Assembly: GCA_965223845.1 (NCBI GenBank)
Contig: CBDCXR010000004.1
Location: 1,440,001-1,504,000 of the forward strand
DNA from: Planctomycetota bacterium
GTDB lineage: Bacteria > Planctomycetota > UBA8108 > SXIK01
Reading direction: 5' to 3'
DNA: 64,000 bases
Part shown: positions 60,146-64,000 of the stretch, in pieces
Layout of the letters: each line of letters begins with the position of its first letter
Numbering within the stretch: position 1 is the first letter of the stretch
Position numbers and translations under genes: made by a program
Notes under the pieces: generated by a model
Seen by the model: only the letters and a program-made list of their open reading frames with translations
What the model was told of the DNA's origin: nothing
The model's database searches: none

Positions 60146-61039
60146 TCACCTTCGAGCGTCCGGATCTTCTTGCCGGCGAGGAACGACGAACTCGAGCGTC
60201 CGCGCGCGGATCCAGGAGCGGCTGCCGTCGAGCAGCGAAACTTCGAGCCACTCGCCGCGGCGCGTCCCGGTGAGCGACACCTCCGTGCCCGGCGGGAACG
60301 GACGCGAGTGGGACTCGCCGTAGGTCTCGCCGTCACCTCGCCGACCCTGAGTGGCGACGACGACGACGGCCTCGTCGGTCAGCGCACCACTCGCGGCGTC
60401 GAGACCGAGGGAAACACCGAGTGCCAGTGACGGCACGATGAGGAGAACGCCGAGCGCGACGAATGGACGGCGTTTCACTCGCCCGATCGCGAACGCGAGG
60501 AACGCCAACGGCACGAGGACCATGCAGAGAGCTCTTCGCGTCGAGAACGAGAGCGCGTCGTGCCAAAAGAAGAGCGCGTTTGCGAGGGAGGTGGCGGTTC
60601 CGGCGGCGCGCGACCGGATCGGCATTCGAAGGCGCAAATGATCGAGACCCGAGCGCGCCCGCGAATTGCCGCCGTCGACGAGGAGCGCGCGGCGATACCA
60701 GAGGATCGCTTGTCCCGCTCGATCGGCGAACGCAAACGAGTTCGCGGCGTTCGTTGCCACTTCGCTCGTCGTTGCCCCGGCCTCCCAGGAGGCCGCGAAC
60801 GCAAGTGCCGACTCGAGGTACTTCGCGTGAGTTGCGGCGGCGTCGGTCGGATGCTCGCGCTGGTGGGCTCGCGCCGCGTCGAAGAGGGAGAGCCCGGCGG
60901 TGAATCGGTCCGCCGCGTTCCCAGCGCGCGAGAGCGAGTCTTCTGCGGTCGATCGCGGCGAAGCGATCACGAGGGCAACGGCGAACCCGACCGTGAGCCT
61001 CGCTGTTCTCGGCCGGCCCGGTTCGACTAGCGAAGACAA
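60146..61039 (-). CDS. BatE-like protein (TPR, TM hairpin, SH3-like C-terminus)
   Basis: GQAILWYRRALLVDG TPR; two TM segments; PGTEVSL...WLEVSLLDGSRSWI SH3b-like; start uncertain. Confidence 0.7.
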   Translation of the reverse strand: MSSLVEPGRPRTARLTVGFAVALVIASPRSTAEDSLSRAGNAADRFTAGLSLFDAARAHQREHPTDAAATHAKYLESALAFAASWEAGATTSEVATNAANSFAFADRAGQAILWYRRALLVDGGNSRARSGLDHLRLRMPIRSRAAGTATSLANALFFWHDALSFSTRRALCMVLVPLAFLAFAIGRVKRRPFVALGVLLIVPSLALGVSLGLDAASGALTDEAVVVVATQGRRGDGETYGESHSRPFPPGTEVSLTGTRRGEWLEVSLLDGSRSWIRARTLEFVVPRRQEDPDARR

Positions 61040-63015
61040 GCTTGGATCTCCCGGAGTAAGGTCCCCGCCCGTTGCGAGAGCTCGCCGATTTCACGGCCAT
61101 CACCCGCGAAGCGTGCGGAGAGGAATCCGTCGAGAAGCTCGACCGCGCGCTCGACCGCTCCGTCGTCGACGGCGCGTTCGCGGAGCGAGCGGCGGAGATC
61201 GCCCGGAGTGATCTCACCGCTACCGAGCTGCAGCTTCTCGCGAAAGAAGTTCTGGTAAGCGGCGGACGCGATCTCGGCGTCCCCGCCGGCGCTTCCGAGC
61301 CCCGCGAGGGCCCGCGCGAGCGCTCGTCCTTGCGCGCTCCGCTCCGCGCGGCGAGGATCCCGGCGCCGCCGAAGATAGACGAGCAAGAACGCGTAGAGTA
61401 CCGGCGGGGCGAAGACGGAAACGAGAAACGCAGGGCTCGCCAGTTGGTCGCGCGGGTCGACCGACCCTCGTGGCTCGCCCATCCGCTGGAAGTTCGCCGC
61501 AATTCCGTCGAGCTGCGCGATCGAGGGGGCGATCGCCGACGGCGCCTCGCCGCTCCCCTCGATCGTGCGAGTCGAGCGGATCGCATCGGTAGGGTCCACG
61601 GTCTCGACGGCCCGAACGACGATCGGGATCACGTCGCCCTTCGCGATCTCGTAGCGCTTCGAGTCCGGGTTGTAGTAGGGAAAAGGGATTGCTGGAATTT
61701 GAGTGACGTGGTCGCCGATCGGACGGAGACGCTGAGTGAAGACGACGACATCGTCTTCCACGACTCCCGCGCGGACTTCATTCGAAACGCGGAACTGCTC
61801 GGTGAGACTCGACTCTTCCGACCAGCGCGGCGCTGAGAGGTTCTCGAGGAGCGCCTTCTTCACGTCCGGTCGAAACGGGCTCGTGCAGCGGACCCGAGCC
61901 GTGACGGTGATCGGCGCGAACGCGTCGACCTCCGTCGGCGCGGCGGAGACCTCGACCGAGAATCGACCGACTGCACCGTTGAAACTCGGGGGCCGGCCCG
62001 CATCGGGCGGAGAGTCTACGCGATAGCGATTCGGCGCGGATTTCGCAGAGAAGGTCTCTCTCACGGGCGCGTTTACCGCGCGGCTTCCGAATAAGTCTCG
62101 CCGTACGCGTCGCTCGAACTTCGTCACGAGCTCGAGGCTCGCGCTTGCCGGCGGGAGATCGAGCGGCCCCGCGCGGAGAGGAAAGACGTCGAACCCGAAG
62201 ACGAGCGTTCGGTAGCCGTAGCCACCATCCCGCTGAGTCGTCGATTCTTGGACGAACACCCGATGCTCCTTGCCGATTTGCAGGCTCGAGCCATCGACAC
62301 CGGAAAGAACGCGGAGCGGGAAGATCAGCGCCTCCTTGCGCTCGAGGAGCGGGAGGCTGAGGCTCCGGAGCCCGAAGTTCGAGCTCCGTCCGACGCTGAG
62401 AAGGTCGCGAGAGCGAACCTCGTCCGCTCGCTTGCCCGAATAGAGGATCGTGTAGAGCACGCGAAAGGGCTGGAGAACGGCGCCGTTCGGCCGGTCGATG
62501 GTTCGCTCGAATCGGATGCCCGGTTCCGGCTTGAGAACGACGCTGAGTTCGACGGGTTGCGCGGTCAGCGCGGCCCCTCCGTGCCGAGTCACCGAAACCG
62601 GTCCGATCCGGTACTTCCCGCGCTCCGATTTCGTCGGCGTGACGACGTACTGGTACGAGACGGTGGACGTCACGCGGTTGTTCGCTTGGTAGGGATGCGA
62701 CTGCGGGCCGTACGGCCCCTCGATCTCGAGCCCCTCGACCGGCGGAATGTCGATGCGGGTCGGCCGAGACGACCTGCCTTCGATCTCGACCCAGAGTGCG
62801 GTCTTCTCGCCTGGATAGACCTGCGGAGGATCGAGTCGGAGACGGACCGACTGAGCTCGAATGTCCGAGGAAACGATTGCGAGAAGGATGAGGCCCCGAG
62901 CGAGCGCGTTGCGACACCATCCCCTAGGTTCGGGGACGAGCGCGCGCGCCCATCGCCGGGATTCGAACGCCGCTCCTCGCGCGCGCGAGCTACCAGTCTT
63001 TTTCAACCGTGACAC
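61027..63015 (-). CDS. BatD family protein
   Basis: Ig-like repeats (GKYRIGPVSV, PLRAGPLDLPPAS), FNGAVGRFSV, IPAIPFPYYNP; C-terminal TM. Confidence 0.8.
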   Translation of the reverse strand: MSRLKKTGSSRARGAAFESRRWARALVPEPRGWCRNALARGLILLAIVSSDIRAQSVRLRLDPPQVYPGEKTALWVEIEGRSSRPTRIDIPPVEGLEIEGPYGPQSHPYQANNRVTSTVSYQYVVTPTKSERGKYRIGPVSVTRHGGAALTAQPVELSVVLKPEPGIRFERTIDRPNGAVLQPFRVLYTILYSGKRADEVRSRDLLSVGRSSNFGLRSLSLPLLERKEALIFPLRVLSGVDGSSLQIGKEHRVFVQESTTQRDGGYGYRTLVFGFDVFPLRAGPLDLPPASASLELVTKFERRVRRDLFGSRAVNAPVRETFSAKSAPNRYRVDSPPDAGRPPSFNGAVGRFSVEVSAAPTEVDAFAPITVTARVRCTSPFRPDVKKALLENLSAPRWSEESSLTEQFRVSNEVRAGVVEDDVVVFTQRLRPIGDHVTQIPAIPFPYYNPDSKRYEIAKGDVIPIVVRAVETVDPTDAIRSTRTIEGSGEAPSAIAPSIAQLDGIAANFQRMGEPRGSVDPRDQLASPAFLVSVFAPPVLYAFLLVYLRRRRDPRRAERSAQGRALARALAGLGSAGGDAEIASAAYQNFFREKLQLGSGEITPGDLRRSLRERAVDDGAVERAVELLDGFLSARFAGDGREIGELSQRAGTLLREIQACLR

Positions 63016-64000
63016 TCGCGCCTCCGCTGAAGATCTTCGCCTGCTCCTCGCGTCGCTTCTGGTCCATCTTCTCGCGCTCTTCCTTCGCCTTCGCGGCGCT
63101 CAGACGATACATGCTGCGCGGTTGGTTCTGCTCGCCGTCGTCGCCGGAGTCCTGATTCTGGTCCGCTCCGGACTGATTCGGATCCGACTGCGAGGAGTCC
63201 GGCTGTTGCGGTTGATTTTGCTCGTCTTCGCCCTCGTTCTGATCCTCGCCGCGAAGGATTTTGAGAGCTTCCGTTAGGTGCGCGAGATCGCGATCGATCG
63301 CGGCGACCGTATCGGGAAAGATGCTCCGCCGGAGAGCCTCGGCCGACGAAAAAATCTCCCGCTCGCCGGAGCGCACTTCCGCGGCGGCTCGCGTCGCGCG
63401 CTCGTCGCCTTCGCGCGTCTCGAGCTCGGACGCGATCTCTCCGGCGCGGACGCCGTCGCGGCCTTGACTCTCGACGAGCGCTCCGGCGGGTCCGGCGCGC
63501 TCGTCCTCCGCGAGCGATTCGAGTGAGCTCGCCGCGGTGCGCGCTTCGTGCTGCTTTCCGATGAGCTCGGCGAGCTGTTCCTCGACAGTCTTCGGCCGCT
63601 GCGGGAGGAGGTCGCGCGCACGCTCGAGGGCCGCGAGAGCACTACGTCCGCGCTCCGCCGCCGCGGCGAGCGCGACGGCGCGCAGCTCGCGACTTGCCGC
63701 CTGCGCCGACTCGAGCGCGGACGTGCCCTCACGCCGGAGCGCCTCGCTCAGCTCGCGCGCCTCGGCCTCGTCGAGAGGCGGCGGCGCGTTCGGCCCGGGA
63801 GGCGGTCCGCCTTCCGGTTGAGGAGGAGTGGGGGGGATTTCGACCTGAGTGAGAATCGTGCTGATCCACACGACCTCCTCTTCCTCATCGGCGAGCGCCT
63901 CGGCTTCGTCGACCGGCTTCGGAGTGAGGAACTTCGCGATGGGGCTCAAGACCTTGCTCTTCAGCGCGTCGAGAACCATCTCTCCGACTCCGATCGGCGT
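62990..64000 (-). CDS. 5'-partial helical protein with a Gln/Asp-rich linker ending in EKDW (BatC-like C-terminus)
   Basis: Frame stays open to the window edge; EQNQPQQPDSSQSDPNQ linker; terminal VEKDW typical of BatB/BatC-type proteins upstream of batD. Confidence 0.6.
   Translation of the reverse strand, partial: TPIGVGEMVLDALKSKVLSPIAKFLTPKPVDEAEALADEEEEVVWISTILTQVEIPPTPPQPEGGPPPGPNAPPPLDEAEARELSEALRREGTSALESAQAASRELRAVALAAAAERGRSALAALERARDLLPQRPKTVEEQLAELIGKQHEARTAASSLESLAEDERAGPAGALVESQGRDGVRAGEIASELETREGDERATRAAAEVRSGEREIFSSAEALRRSIFPDTVAAIDRDLAHLTEALKILRGEDQNEGEDEQNQPQQPDSSQSDPNQSGADQNQDSGDDGEQNQPRSMYRLSAAKAKEEREKMDQKRREEQAKIFSGGASVTVEKDW

Overview
GC-rich bacterial chromosomal window, most likely from a Planctomycetota member. 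This is inferred from the ThuA/multi-heme giant protein, lamin-tail/CotH/dockerin protein, ExbBD linked to a prenyltransferase-like barrel, and Bat-type genes. It holds about 38 CDS plus one tRNA-Leu(TAG). Housekeeping genes are hisI (partial, missing from the ORF track), an acyl-CoA ligase, queE, a DJ-1 gene, thiI, glpD, typA, leuS, purU, htpG and a UbiD-family gene. No integrase, transposase, CRISPR array or rRNA was seen. The best candidate for an undescribed system is the operon at 20148-28887: a giant TPR protein, ExbB/TolQ, ExbD/TolR, and a 3-TM protein that fuses a TolB-like PD40 propeller, a His-containing TonB/TolA-like anchor, a long disordered linker and a squalene-cyclase-like barrel. 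About 5 kb upstream lies an A-B-A' triplet of exported DUF4139 proteins, behind back-to-back sigma54-like sites. Also notable: a structured 109-bp direct repeat that supplies the regA stop codon, a GAF-[2Fe-2S] fusion facing RegB/RegA, a PhoD plus 5-heme ThuA pair, a CtlX-ArcA pair, and a Dabb-acetylesterase fusion. All calls come from reading motifs by eye; no database searches were run.
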